The notes under the pieces were generated by a model. It saw only the letters and a list, made by a program, of their open reading frames with translations. It was not told the DNA's origin and searched no databases. 64,000 nucleotides of DNA, from NCBI RefSeq assembly GCF_009914755.1, contig NC_060940.1; one strand, given 5' to 3'. Numbering within the stretch: the stretch's first letter is position 1; each line of letters starts with the position of its first letter. Origin of the DNA: the human T2T-CHM13v2.0 reference genome, Homo sapiens. Both the position numbers and the translations under genes were made by a program. Of the stretch, positions 13,350 through 27,211 are shown piece after piece.

Positions 13350-13895
13350 TCTGTAAAGATAGCATTATTGACCCTGACTTTTTACCCTTTGCTGGGTGAC
13401 TACAGTACCACTCAGTAAAGGGGTAGAGTATATTTCCCATCTTTGACTTTGTGCTCAAGTATGTAATTTCCTTTGACCAAGATCATGAAACAGAAGTGAC
13501 AGTGTGCCAGTTTTGAGTGTAGGCCTTAAGAGGTTTCATGTTTCTATTTTCTTTGCTTGTGAGAATATTCCCTGGCAAGTTCACGGGCCATTGCTATGAG
13601 AATGTACCCTGATTAGCTCACTGGACCAAGGAGGATAACAGACAAGAGGAGCAGATGTGCAGATCTTCAGGTAGGACAGACCCAGCTCCACTGCCTGGAT
13701 CAGCTGATTCCTAGCTGGGCCACTAATATACAAACAATCTCAGCTAAAGGTCAGTGGAGCTGTTCCAGCCAACCCACAGAGGCATTAGCTAAATTAATAC
13801 TTATTGTTATGGGTCATATCAATAATACTTACTGTTATGAGATTTTGTGGTCATTTGTTACACAGCATTATTATGGCAATAGCTGACTGATACAA
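13350..13895 (+). mobile_element. MLT1H/I-like MaLR LTR inserted in a MIR
   Basis: Ends ttgttacacagcattattatggcaatagctgactgataca; MIR core at 13270-13340. Confidence 0.7.
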
Positions 13896-14509
13896 TCTGA
13901 TTCCACAGCATAGACTCTTAACTATTGCTCCATCTGCCTGTGTTGTATGTGTGCCTGCCCTCCACTAGATGGATGCTGTTCTTCCTGAGTGAGGAGAGGG
14001 CTAGAAGCCAAGGAAGATGTCTCAGAGCCAGGCAGCAAGGCTTAGGACTCAGGATGGCAATGGCTGCTTCCCTTGGGCCCACAGGTAGGTAACCAGTCAG
14101 GGCCTAGCCTCTCAGTCATGCATTGCTATTGATCCACAGCACCTGCAAAATGCTTGGTGCGATCTTGTCAGCAAGGCACACCTCTGACTTCCTCTGAAGG
14201 CCCCCTCTTTTTCAAAATCTCCCTCTCTTGTGGCTGGGCTTGCTTGTATCTGTGGAAACCAAGGCAGTACAGAGGGATGAGTCAGGTTCCAACTGATAGC
14301 TCACCAGGCCTGGGTCAGGAGAGCAGCAGGGGTGGAAACTCTGGGCCTTGCAGCATGGGTTGGTAGCTTCTAGGCTCAGCACCCTAGAAGCACCCTCATT
14401 GCTCAATCCAGCCACCCTGAATTGCTTGCAGCTCTCCTGAACTTCCTGTATTCTCTCTTGGGGCCTTTGTTATGTGGTTCTTTGTGCTGGAGCATTTGGT
14501 CACCTGATG

Positions 14510-14910
14510 TCTTAAGATAAGTTCCCCAAAAAGAGATGGACATGGAGATACTTGTACAAGTGGCTTTCTGAGGAATGGTTCCTAGGAGCAAGCTGGTAGA
14601 GAGTGAGAGAAGAGGCTGAGCATTGCTGTACATTCAGGAAGAGTCCAGCCTCAGCCTGACCCCATGGGGAGCTCTGGAGAGTGGATGGCACCAGTTTTCC
14701 CACCTTCAAGCAGGGAGGCTGGGCTTTTGAACCCTCACATCAGTCATTGACTAAATTCTGCCCTTCAGGGTGGTAGTGGGAGGAACACCGAATTTCTCAG
14801 GAAATCTGGGTGAAGTGGCTCCCTGCCTGGGCAGATGCTTTCCTGGAGAGGGTCAGTGGTGAGCCATTAGCAACCCCACCTCAGTGGCAGGGGGGTGCAC
14901 CAGGGCCAAG
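14510..14910 (-). mobile_element. Old ERVL-type LTR (LTR16/33 class)
   Basis: Degenerate similarity (gttccccaaaaagagat..., gagccattagcaac). Confidence 0.4.
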
Positions 14911-15029
14911 TACTCCTGGCTAACTCCTCCTCAGCCTTTAGGTTTCAACTTCAAAGCCATCAGTATATCTTTGTCCATCAGTATATCTTCAGCATCCAGC
15001 ACACAGTAGTTGGGCAGCACATTTCTGTG

Positions 15030-15232
15030 GAAGGAAGAGAGGGAGGGAGGGAGGGAGGAAGGAATGAATGAATGAAGGAAGGAATGGAGGGAAGAAGGAA
15101 GAGAGAAATGGGGGAAGGAAGGAGGAAAAGAAAGAAAGAAGAGAGGGAGGGAGAAAGGAAGGGAAAAGGAAAGGGGGGAAGGGAGGGAGAGAGAAAGGAA
15201 AAAAGAGAGGGAGGGAGGCAGAAGGGAGGAAT
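15030..15232. repeat. Polypurine GA-rich low-complexity tract (GGAA/GGGA)
   Basis: About 200 bp nearly all G/A on the + strand. Confidence 0.9.
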
Positions 15233-17009
15233 GTGAAAAATATAGGGAGATGGGTCATTGCCAAGTATTCTTAGAATGAATGCTTAAACCCTGAGTTTGG
15301 GAGAACAGGGTTGTCTCCAGGCCATGCTTAGCGATGTCTGCAAAACATGAACTGAGCCAGAATTAAAAATAACCAGAGGATCTGCCCCCTGGTTCCCTGG
15401 GGCTCTGAGAACCATCAGTGCATCGTCCTTGCTGGAACTAGGTACTGTTAGTTCAGAGAAACTGGCTCCTTCATTCAGGAGGGCTCCTTGTTTGTCTACG
15501 GCAGCTCTGGCTGCCCCACCCACCTCCGGGGCTTCTACAGACCCGAAAATCCAGACCTCAGCTTTCCTTTTCGTCTTCCTCCTTGACCCTCTTAGATGCA
15601 GTTTAGAGCTATAAAGCCCAGCACAGGTCATCTTGTGCAGCCCTCTCCCGGAACAAATGGGGAAACTGAGGAACACGGAAGGCCAGAGAATGATCCAAGA
15701 TGACCCAGCAAGCCAAAAGCGTCCCCAGGACTAGAATCCAGCACTGCTGGGCCTAAGCATGTGCTGCCTCCTCTGTCTCAGGCAGCCTCTGCACTCTCTC
15801 AGGTTTGATGACTTGAGATCAATCCCAATGAATTTGATCCTGGAAGGAGAACCCAGGGGCAGATGAATTTGGCACTGCGGGGTAGTAGGAGGCATACACA
15901 GAAGGCAGGTGGGGGGGCACCCAGCTTTCTCCACTGAGGCTTGATGGGCTTCCTCTGCTGACGGTGCCACTATTGAGCCACTGCACTCAGACCATAAGCA
16001 CAGAGCCACAGGCTTCAAGGGAATACCCTTAAAGATCACTGAGCTCAATTCTGTCCTAGTATAAAAAGTAAACTGAGACCCAGAGAAGGCAGGGATAGGA
16101 CCCAAAGACACATAGTCACCCAAAATGCAGAACCAAGGCTAGAATTGAGCTCATCTTCCCTGTTAGTCTGTGGTTTTGTGGCAAAAACTACCCATTGCCT
16201 ATTCAAAGCCACCACTCATGCCCCCTTCCCTCCTGCTGATCCAGTCCCAATCCCTGAGAGGTGAGGAGCAATCTGCTAAGGAAGGCTTACCTTAACCAGT
16301 ACAAAGATGAAATCTCCTTAAGACAAAGCTTTTGCCTTGATCCTCTTTTTTTCTGCATTGGATTCAGATGTGAAGACTGGAGAGCCAGCAGCCATTTTGG
16401 GACCAGGAGGCAAAAACATGTGGTCCAAAGTCAACGTGCTAAGGATGGTGGAACTGAAAGATGAAACAGATCTTAGACCTTGACCACATAATTGAGTAGC
16501 TGAACCAATGCCCCAACATGCCATTCTTTAAATATCTTGTGGGAGAAAACCCCCTATTAATTTAGATCATGAGTAGGAGGCTTTTCTGTTCCTTGAAGTT
16601 GGGAGCATTCCTTACTGACAAAGACATTTTCCACCCTATTTCTTAACTATGCTTTGAGGTGGCCAGATAACATATCAGCATGCCCATTTCACGGTTAGAG
16701 AGAAACTGTAGAGAGTCTATGCATTTCCAAGCTATTCTCCCTTGGATACTTTCAAACTCCAGATTTGCAGAAAATCCATGCATTTCATTTGGTCCCTGGC
16801 TTGCATTACAAAGTGGGAGGAAATGTCTTTTTCAAACAAACATTGTCCCAGCACATCGTGTGGGTCCCGGGTTTGCAGGAATATCAAATAGCACTGAATT
16901 AGGCCATGGTTTGGGAAACCCTGGCTGCCGCCCCACTGGTTCTTCTGGGGCTTCATCCTGGGAGTGCAGTGGTGGGGCCAACAGTGGAGGGGGAGGAAGC
17001 AGGATGGTC

Positions 17010-17200
17010 TCAATTAATTAACAAAAAATGGCTTCATTTTGAGGGGAAAAAAAACCCCTCCCCATTGGAGACTTAGCTGTATAAGAGCTACTTCAATCAA
17101 TATGCAGTAAGAAAGTGACGGCATTGGACATAAATTTCCTGCCAGCTGACTGTCATTGCACCCTGAGGCCTGATATTAAAACCAGATGAAATTATAGAGC
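17010..17200. promoter_or_regulatory. Candidate developmental enhancer
   Basis: CAATTAATTA, TCAATCAA (PBX-like), CATAAA (HOX-like) and CTGTCA (MEIS) in unique sequence. Confidence 0.4.
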
Positions 17201-18489
17201 GCCCAAGCCTCAGCCACTTCTGCACCTCTGGAGAACAGGGAACCCAGCTGCACCAATCACTCAGAGAAACTAATCTCCTGGGTGCCCCACCTCTGGTGTC
17301 TAAATGGCTTTCCAGCCTAGCCTCACCTGGCCTCAGCCTGGCTACAGCCAAGTCTCATCTAGAGGAAGATGGGATTCTTTCTGCCTTGCTTAGACGAGTT
17401 GCTCTTAGAAGACAGAAGTTTCCTCTTGAAGGAAGCTCTGAGTTTCCCATCTTGCAGATCCTTTTTATATATAGGATTCACATGTGAAAACTCTGTGTAT
17501 GAGTGAGTTAATTCTGGCTGTTGTATAAAACACACACTAAAATGTCAGTGTCTTCACATGATAAAAACTTATTTTCTCACTTCCATTATTTAGTCTAAGG
17601 CAAGAGATCCTGGTCGATAGATGACTTCCACATGGTGATGGGGACATGGGCTCCTTCTATATTTAGGCTTCGTCCTCCCTAGCTCCTCTATATTAGTCCA
17701 CAGATGAGCAAAAATAAGGGAAGGCAGGCCTGCTTCTTTAGTTGTCTGGGACTAGAAGTTAAATAACTTGCTCAAAGCTCTGTAGAGTCCCACAGCTGAA
17801 CATGTCCAGTTGCATGTTCCACAGGTACCTCAAAGGACATTTTCACCTCCATCCACCTCCAACCCACTTCTCTCACTCCACGTAGGCAGTCCCGGGTGGT
17901 TGGCTTTTGTCAGCCCCGGTCTCCAAGCCCTCGGGTCATCTGGGGCTGGCTGTCTCCTCACTTCCCAGAGCTCCTTAGCCTCCAAGCGTGATATTCTACT
18001 GCATTGTTCATCTCATCCATCGCCCGTACCTGTAAACCTGGCTGTACTTCCCGCCTCCATGGAGATCACAATTGCATTATGAGTGTCTTGAGGCCAACAC
18101 AGCATGCATCCATGGTGCTGAGCGTGGGCACTGATACTTGAATACTGAACAATGCAGAAAGCATCAATCTGCTGCTGTGACCCAGAATGATGATCCAACA
18201 TATATCCCTTTCTCTCTCCTTGAGAGGCCATGCGGCAACGTGCTCAAGGAGTCTGGGATTCTGAGTTCACCCCCTGCCTCTACCACCTAGTGACTGAGTG
18301 ATCCTGGGCATGTCAATTAGCGTACCTAAGCCAAAGCCTGCTCATCTGTAAAGTGGGGATAAGAGATTCCTACCTCATAGGGCTGATAAGAAGAGTCAGG
18401 GAGACAATGACAGAAAGCATTGCCGTGGTGTCTGGTACACTTTCAAAAAACACAGTGACTGGCAGGCATTTGCTCCACATGGTCCCAGC

Positions 18490-18935
18490 TGTGTTCCATT
18501 TGCCCCCACCAGACCCAGTCTCCACCCTCTACACCTGCTTTCTGGCTTGAGAGAATGGAGTCTATAGACAACAGCAAGGGCTCCCTCGCCCTCTAGCTTC
18601 TGGTTGGGTTTAGCCAATACAAGGCCCCAAAGGGCTTGTGGAGGGTGCAAGGAAAAGCAGGTTGGAATATTTAACCCTCCACTTCCCCATACCTGGCTCG
18701 CCATGCACTGGCTGTACCCTGTATTGAAGGCAGCCCTCTCTGTACAGCCATATCCTGCCTTCTATAACAGCTGCTCCTTCTATTCTACCTCCATGGATTC
18801 CAGTTCCTAGGTGCCGCCCCTTGCTTTTTCAGGGTCCTCAAACCTGTCCATGCCTTTGAAAATAGTCCCTTTATTAATCTCACTTCCCATTACTCAGTTT
18901 GGTTGCGCTGTCTGTTTCCTTCAGGGCCCTGACCA
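18490..18935 (+). mobile_element. LTR33 (ERVL)
   Basis: gggctccctcgccctctagcttctggttgggtttagccaat...tgtctgtttcc matches LTR33. Confidence 0.7.
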
Positions 18936-19917
18936 ATTCAGCATTGTTAATTACTTCTTTATAGCATTTTATATTTTTCAAACATTTTTCCCCACTCACA
19001 ATCACAGTAAGTTTTCTCCGAGTTTCTTCAAACCCCCACCTGACAATAGAACGATCAAAAACCCAGAGAGGTCGAGAACCTTTCCCAAGGTCATGCAGCT
19101 CAGGAGCAGGGAGCCCAGTGGGCAGATGCAAAATCCATTACCACTTCCTCCGCTCCATTTTCTCCGGGCTGAGAAGCTCCGTGGGGTAACGGGCTCGTTT
19201 CCCCCTGGGTCAAGAGAGGAAACCTTCTGACACAGATGATCAGAGGAGCTGGGTTGTGGAAGAGACTTCAGGCGAGAGCCAAAACACAGCAAAGGATTCA
19301 GAGCTAGAGATGGAGTTTTTAATAATAAATAAACGCCAAAATTGGGCCTACACATGGAAGGCTTGGGGAGCCTGCAGCCAGCATGGGGTGCTCAGGAAGC
19401 CGCCCACCCTCAGCCTACGGATTATCTGGTCATTGTCCAAATGGTCGGTGGGACAGAGTCTTGAGGGATGATCTTCAAACCCCAAAGGGGAGGGGAAGAG
19501 AATATTTTGGGATGATCCCTTTTTCATACAAATAAAGAGGCTCTTAGAAGTTGTATCAAGTGTCTGAATTTCCTGACTGTATATTAATCCGCTTTCATGT
19601 GAATTATGCAATATTGTCATGAAAGAAAGGAGCAGCTGGATGTTGGATGGGCAGCCCTCGAATCAAAGAGGACCCATGCTGCGCTGTAGCCTCTGCAAAG
19701 AAGCTCAAGGAGGCTGGGCTGCCCCGTGGCGCCCTGTCTTCCTCCCACCCATGGGGCAAACATGTGCCCAGAGGGAGCCAGGGAGCTCCAGGGCCAGTGG
19801 TGAAGACGGGGTGAGCTAGAGAGTAAGTTAGATGCCTCATCAGAAGGGGCCGCTCCAGAATTCAGGTCAATGGTTGCTAGGTTGACATTGTAGCCGTAGT
19901 GAAACAAGACCTTCTGA

Positions 19918-20252
<335 letters not shown>

Positions 20253-20544
20253 GGAGCCCAGGTTTTTATGAGAAGTCTTCCAATCTTTATATGTTGGTGA
20301 CAAATTTTGGTTTCTAGGAGATATTATGCAAACCAGCAAAAGCTGCTGCGGGTTGCCCATGTGTGACCTCTGCTGATTCGCTGTGTCAGAGGGGTTCTAC
20401 TTTGAGGCTTGGGAAAGTAGCAGCATTTTTGACTTGGCCTGAAATTAGACTACAACCTTCACCTCTGTCTTTCTCTCTTTCTTTTCACCCTTATCAGATG
20501 CCTCTCCCCACTGCACTCAGTTTCTGAGTGTAATAAAACCAGCA

Positions 20545-20905
20545 CCGGGCTAGAGCTGTGTATTTGGAGATGGGGCCTCTGAAGAAGTGGTTAAGGTTAA
20601 ATGAGGTCTTAAGGGCGGGCCCTGATCTTATAGGATTAGCATCCTTAGAAGAAGAGACACCAGAGAGAGAGCCCTCTCTTTCTGTCTCTCTCTCTCTTCT
20701 CAAGCACAAGCTGAGGAAAGGCCATGTGGAGACACAGCGAGAAGGTGGCCACCTACAAGCCGTGAAGAGATTCCTCCCCAGAAACTGCCATGCTGGACTC
20801 TGATCTAGAACTTCCAGCCTCCAGAACCAGGAACAAATACGTTTTTGTTGTTTACGCCCACACACCTCTGGTATTTAAGGATGGCAGCTCGAGCTGACTA
20901 AGACA
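20545..20905 (+). mobile_element. MLT1A/MLT1A0 MaLR LTR
   Basis: gtatttggagatggggcc...gaacttccagcctccagaac...gctgactaagaca. Confidence 0.85.
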
Positions 20906-22365
20906 GGGTCCAAGCACTTGGTTTGGGTTGCTCATGTCCCAGGGACTCACATTTCCAATCTGCCTTCTGGGGGTCATAGCCACCTCTCAGGGCTTGCTGA
21001 TGGGATCGGTGGTTGTGAATGTTCCTTGTCAGTATGGAGAGCCATGATCACGTAAAAGAAGCCGGCAACTCGTAAGGACCTCAGCTATCTGATAGCATGC
21101 AGCAGGTACGACGATCCATCTATGTACTCAGGTGTGCAAACGGGGTAATCTTGTTCTTCCAAAACTATATGAAGTTTCCATCCTTTTCAGTGGCAGAAAT
21201 TATCCTCAGGGTATTTGGATTTTGCCCCCATCTCACTCAAGTTTCAGCCAGGGGGACAGGAGCTGCTGTGGGTATTTCCAGTAAACATGATTTTAACTCA
21301 GGAAATGGGAAAATGTGCAATTCTTAAAAGCCAGTGGGTAGCGGTAGCGATGGAAGCCAAGGTTGGGAAGGTTACTAATGACTTTTAAGAAATCTGGAAA
21401 TTCAGGAATTGTGAGGAAGCCTCTGCCCATGACCTCAGCTGCCTGTGCCCCAGTGCCTGGGCTTCTTGAGGAGGAATTTGAGTATCATGGAAAGCCAGCC
21501 TGCTGGTGTTCACGACTGTGTAATTCCTCCTTCCCCTCCCCTCTCTCCTCAGCGGATCGTAATGTCTCTCGAGGTCTTTCTTTATACCTGAGTCCTGAAG
21601 CTGTAAAATGTGTTCTCCTGCAGCGGCTGCAGAGATAAAGTGCCAGGCCCTGAGATGTGGTTCAGGCTCCAGGTCCAGCCAGATTGCCTGTACCCAAACC
21701 AGAACTCTTTTTTGGTCCAGTCTGGGCTTGGACAAAGCCAGCAGGCAGTCTCTGGAGGCTGATCGTCTCCTGAGCTGAGGATCCCTCTTGCTTTGGAATT
21801 TGCAGCCAGATAATCTCTCCTATTTTGCTTTTCAGGTTTCAGCCCTGGGCTCCCCAGCTACCTACTACTCGAGGTCTCTCATAGGGTCTTTGCAGAGCCT
21901 CCAGGGGGAGGGGTCTTCTGCCCCTGCTCTTTACTTGTATGGGTTATTTTCCTACACAAGCCTTTTCCCCATGTCCCTCCCTTGACACAATTGCAGCTAA
22001 ACCAAGTGGCTAACTAAAGTGATGCAATCCTTTCTCCCTCCTTTCTTTTCTTTTCTTTATTTTTTTCTATCTAGGAGGCAATATTCATAGTAGAAGCCAC
22101 GGAGAGCTGTGGGATTGGCCAGACCTGGATTGGAATCCTGGCTCTAACTTTGGAGCTGTGTACTTTGGACTTCACTAATCCAAGCTTCAGTTTCTTCACC
22201 TATACTCTGGGTGAAGAGTCATAGGTGAAGCCTGAGCCACAAGATCGGAGGGAGAAGAGCTCATGGATGAAATGCCATCACTTGCGCTGGTCTCTTCCTG
22301 GGGTTGGGTCCCCTAGGCCAGGTTCAGGACCCTGGAAAATGTGGCAAATGCAAAGACAACTCTGA

Positions 22366-22882
22366 CAGCAGACCCTAACCTTTTTGGCACCAGGAATGGG
22401 TTTCATGGAAGACAGTTTTTCCATGGGCCAGGATGGAGGGAAATGGCTTTGGGATAAATTAAGTGCATTGCATTTATTGTGCACTTTATTTCTGTTACTG
22501 TTACATTGTAACATATAATGAAATAATTATACAACTCACCATAACGTAGAACCAGTGGAAGCCCTGAGCTTGTTTTCCTGCAACTAGACGGTCCCATCTG
22601 GGGGTGATGGGAGACAGTGACATTCAGCATTAGATTCTTACAGGGAGCATGAGACCTAGGTCCCTCGCATGCGCAGTTCACAATAGGGCTCATGCTCCTG
22701 TAAGACTCTAATGCTGCCCTGATCTGAAAGGAGGCAGAGCTCAGGAGTTAATGAGAGCAATGGGGAGTGGCTGAAAGTACAGATGAAGTTTCCCTCGCTC
22801 ATCTGCTCTCACCTCCTGCTGTTTCTGTTCCTAACAAGCCAGGGACCGGTACTAGTCCATGGCCAGGGGGTTCGGGACCCCT
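22366..22882 (-). mobile_element. MER1A (hAT-Charlie)
   Basis: aacctttttggcaccagg...ctgcaactagacggtcccatctgggg...ttcgggaccccta; about 520 bp. Confidence 0.9.
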
Positions 22883-23519
22883 AGTTTGGGGAACATCTTT
22901 GAGCTCCTTCCCTCTTGGCTTGAGTGATGTAGAGAAGCCCATGGGCTGGGATTTAGACAACATGCTTGCCAGGAGCATTGCAATTGCTTTATGTGGGCCT
23001 TCAATGCGCTTGCAGAGTAAGCTCCACAAATCCTGCAGCCAGGTAGTGAACCCAGGCCCTAGGAGTAAGATGCAAGAGCTGACTTCTCTGGCTCTGAGCT
23101 TAAGCTTGTTATTATTGTCTGCTCAGACTGGCATCTGCATGATAACCCAAGAGCTAGAATACTCAGGCCAGGGGGAGAGGGGAAAATCCCCAACATGTGT
23201 CTGTTGTCAGATGATGACTAAGCTGCCCTCATCGCCAACAGGCCTTGTCACAGTGGAATGATGTTTGTCAGACATGGATGGTAACCCTAAGGTTATCACA
23301 GAGGGCCAGGGGATAGATGAACGGTGTTTGCACTAACACCTTTGATCACTTCATTAGCCGCTTGGGTTAGTTGCAATTGTGTCAAGAGAAGGGCATGGAG
23401 AAAAGGCTTGTGTAGAGGCATGGACATCTGCAGAGGTAAGTCTCAGAGATAGACCTTTCCAGCTCCAGCCAAGGCAAGAGGCCAGTCTTGAGCAGACCAA
23501 AGCTCTGCCACAATTATTT

Positions 23520-23850
23520 TCCACAGAGGCTGATGGATTGAGACATATAATTAATATATGTCTATATATTTATATATAAAAACCCTTACAAATCACATCC
23601 CTCGAGCCAGGATCTTTAAATAATGGAAGACAGTAGATTACTGCTTTATTAGTCCCTTCCAAAAGCTTATAAAAATTATCTTTTGCCGCTGGGAAGACAT
23701 TTTATCAGAATTTATGGCAACTCAGAGAGTCTTGAGATATCAGATTCAGAAACTAAAGGTGCTTTCTGTGGCTGTTTCTGCAGCAGACAGGCCCTGCTCT
23801 CCCCTCTCCTTGTAAATTAAAATCTTGAACATTATCTGCTTTATGAAATA
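23520..23850. promoter_or_regulatory. Candidate HOX/CDX-site enhancer
   Basis: TAATTAAT, TTTATTA, TTATAAAA and TTTATGG (23711) in unique AT-rich sequence. Confidence 0.4.
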
Positions 23851-24684
23851 AGACACTTGGCTCTCCTATCTCTAGCCTGCTTTTTAATTAATATAGACTT
23901 GAGTAGGCAAAAGCCATAAACGTGAGTGAGTGGCTGTGGCGTGTGTGAGAATGGGATGGCAGAGGGAGACACATGGAATGTGGAAAAAGAGAAAACCCAA
24001 AACATATGTCTCTAGGGGCAAGTCTCTGACTTGGGGGGTAAACATTTCACTAATGGCTTGGAGAGATTTGCTGCCTTTGCATGTTTTCTGGCCAAGGCTG
24101 GAAGCCTCCATTATTTATTAGCCAGCGTTCTCCAGGGTCTGATATCTCCCTTACGGAGGGTTGCTGAGCTGGGTATTGCCAGGTATCTATCCCCTGTTAG
24201 GGGAACTCAGGATCTGCCCTCCAAGAGTTTATATCCGGAGCAGCATCCCTCAGGTGTATTCCTGACCCCGTGCTGAGCCACAGACCTTTGTAACTGGCCC
24301 AACTGGCCCACCACAAGATAAAGTACAGAAACTGCGAGTAACTCTTAGCAATAACCCATAGCGATTCGGTATTGCCATGGTATCCGAGGGTCTGAGCAAT
24401 GGTCTCCTCTCACTGAACAGGATTCAGACAAGCCTGGATGTTCTTCATTTCATTTTCCTACCAATGCTTTTTAAAAATTCCATTTGGCAAAGTTCATGAA
24501 AAATGATTTCATTTCATAGTCTCTGGATTATTTTCCAGATTATTACTTCAGATTTTATTATTTTTTAGAATATTTTCCAAATTACTTTATATGCACTAGG
24601 CTATTTTCTAGAGTATTTCAGCTCAACCTAACCTGATTAATACAATTTCACAGCTTCCAAAACACTTTTTAAAATCATTAATCC

Positions 24685-24995
24685 TGCTGGGCGCAGTGGC
24701 TCATGCCTGTAATCCCAGCACTGTGGGAGGCTGAAGAGGGTGGATTGTTTGAGTCCAGGAGTTCAAGACTAGCCTGGACTACGTGGCAAAACCCCCATCT
24801 CTACAAAAAAAATAAAAAAATTATCCAGGCATGGTGGTGCATGCCTTAGTCCCAGCTACTTGAGAGGCTGAGGCAGGAGGATCATGAGCCTGGGAGGTCA
24901 AGGCTGCAGTGAGCTGTGATTACACCACTGCACTCCAGCCTGGGCAACAGAGCAAGACCCTGTCTCAAAAACAAAAAAAAAAAAAAAAAAAAAAA
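24685..24995 (+). mobile_element. AluJ-like element inserted in a MIR
   Basis: Full dimer, long A tail, TSD aaaa(t/c)cattaatc. Confidence 0.95.
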
Positions 24996-25121
24996 CCATT
25001 AATCTGATCTTCACAAGAGCCCCAGGAGGGAGGTCCTACAAAGACTAGTGTTCCCAATGGATATGTAAGAAAACTGAGATTCACAGAAGACAAATGATTT
25101 GCTCAGAATCACTCAGCTTAT

Positions 25122-25600
25122 TATTGTCTGTGTTTTTCACAGGGGCTGTCCTAACAGGCAATACCTCCTAGTGGTTTTGCTTTGCATTTCCCTGATGACT
25201 AGTGATGTTGTGGGCATCTTTTAATAAACCTCTTGGCAGTTTTTATGTCTTCTTTGGAGAAATGTCTATTTAGGTCCTTTGCCCAGTTTTTAATGGGGTT
25301 ATACCTTTTCTTGCTATTGAGTAGCAGGCATTCCTTATGAGTTTTGGATAATAACCCCTTATCAGATCTAGGGTTTGCAAATATTTTTTTCCCAACACAC
25401 AGGCTGCTTTTTCATTTTGTTGCTTATTTCCCTTGCTGTGTTGAAGCTTTGCGGTTTGATGTAGTCCCATTTCTTTATATCTGCTTTTGTAGCCTGAGCT
25501 TTCGGTGTGATGTCCAAGAAATTATTGCCAAGGCCAATATCAAGAAGGTTTCCCCTAGGTTTTCTTCCAGGAGTCTTATGATTTTGGGATCTTGTGTTTA
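25122..25600 (-). mobile_element. L1MA-class insertion, inverted 5' segment
   Basis: Antisense L1 ORF2 3' region starting immediately after the TSD at 25107-25121. Confidence 0.85.
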
Positions 25601-26742
<1,142 letters not shown>

Positions 26743-26974
26743 TATTAACAAGGAATGGACCTGGGTAAAGAGCATGTGCTTTGCATCATTCTTGCAACTT
26801 TTCTGTAAGTATAAAATTGGTTTCAAATAAAAAGTAAAAAAAAAATTTAATCACTCAGGTTATAAACGGCAGATGTGGGATTCAAACCTAGGCCTCCCAG
26901 CTCAGATTCAACACTAATTCCTAGCTAAGGCACATTGATATGTGAAGAGGCAGTCGTTGGATCTTCTTTCCTAG

Positions 26975-27211
<237 letters not shown>

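Noticed and set aside
14374-14394. REST/NRSF-like TCAGCACC...AG.CACC
   Set aside because: The right half-site lacks GGACAG and the spacing is off by one
14989-15274. F/P/S-rich and G/K/R/E-rich ORFs
   Set aside because: Translation of the GA low-complexity tract
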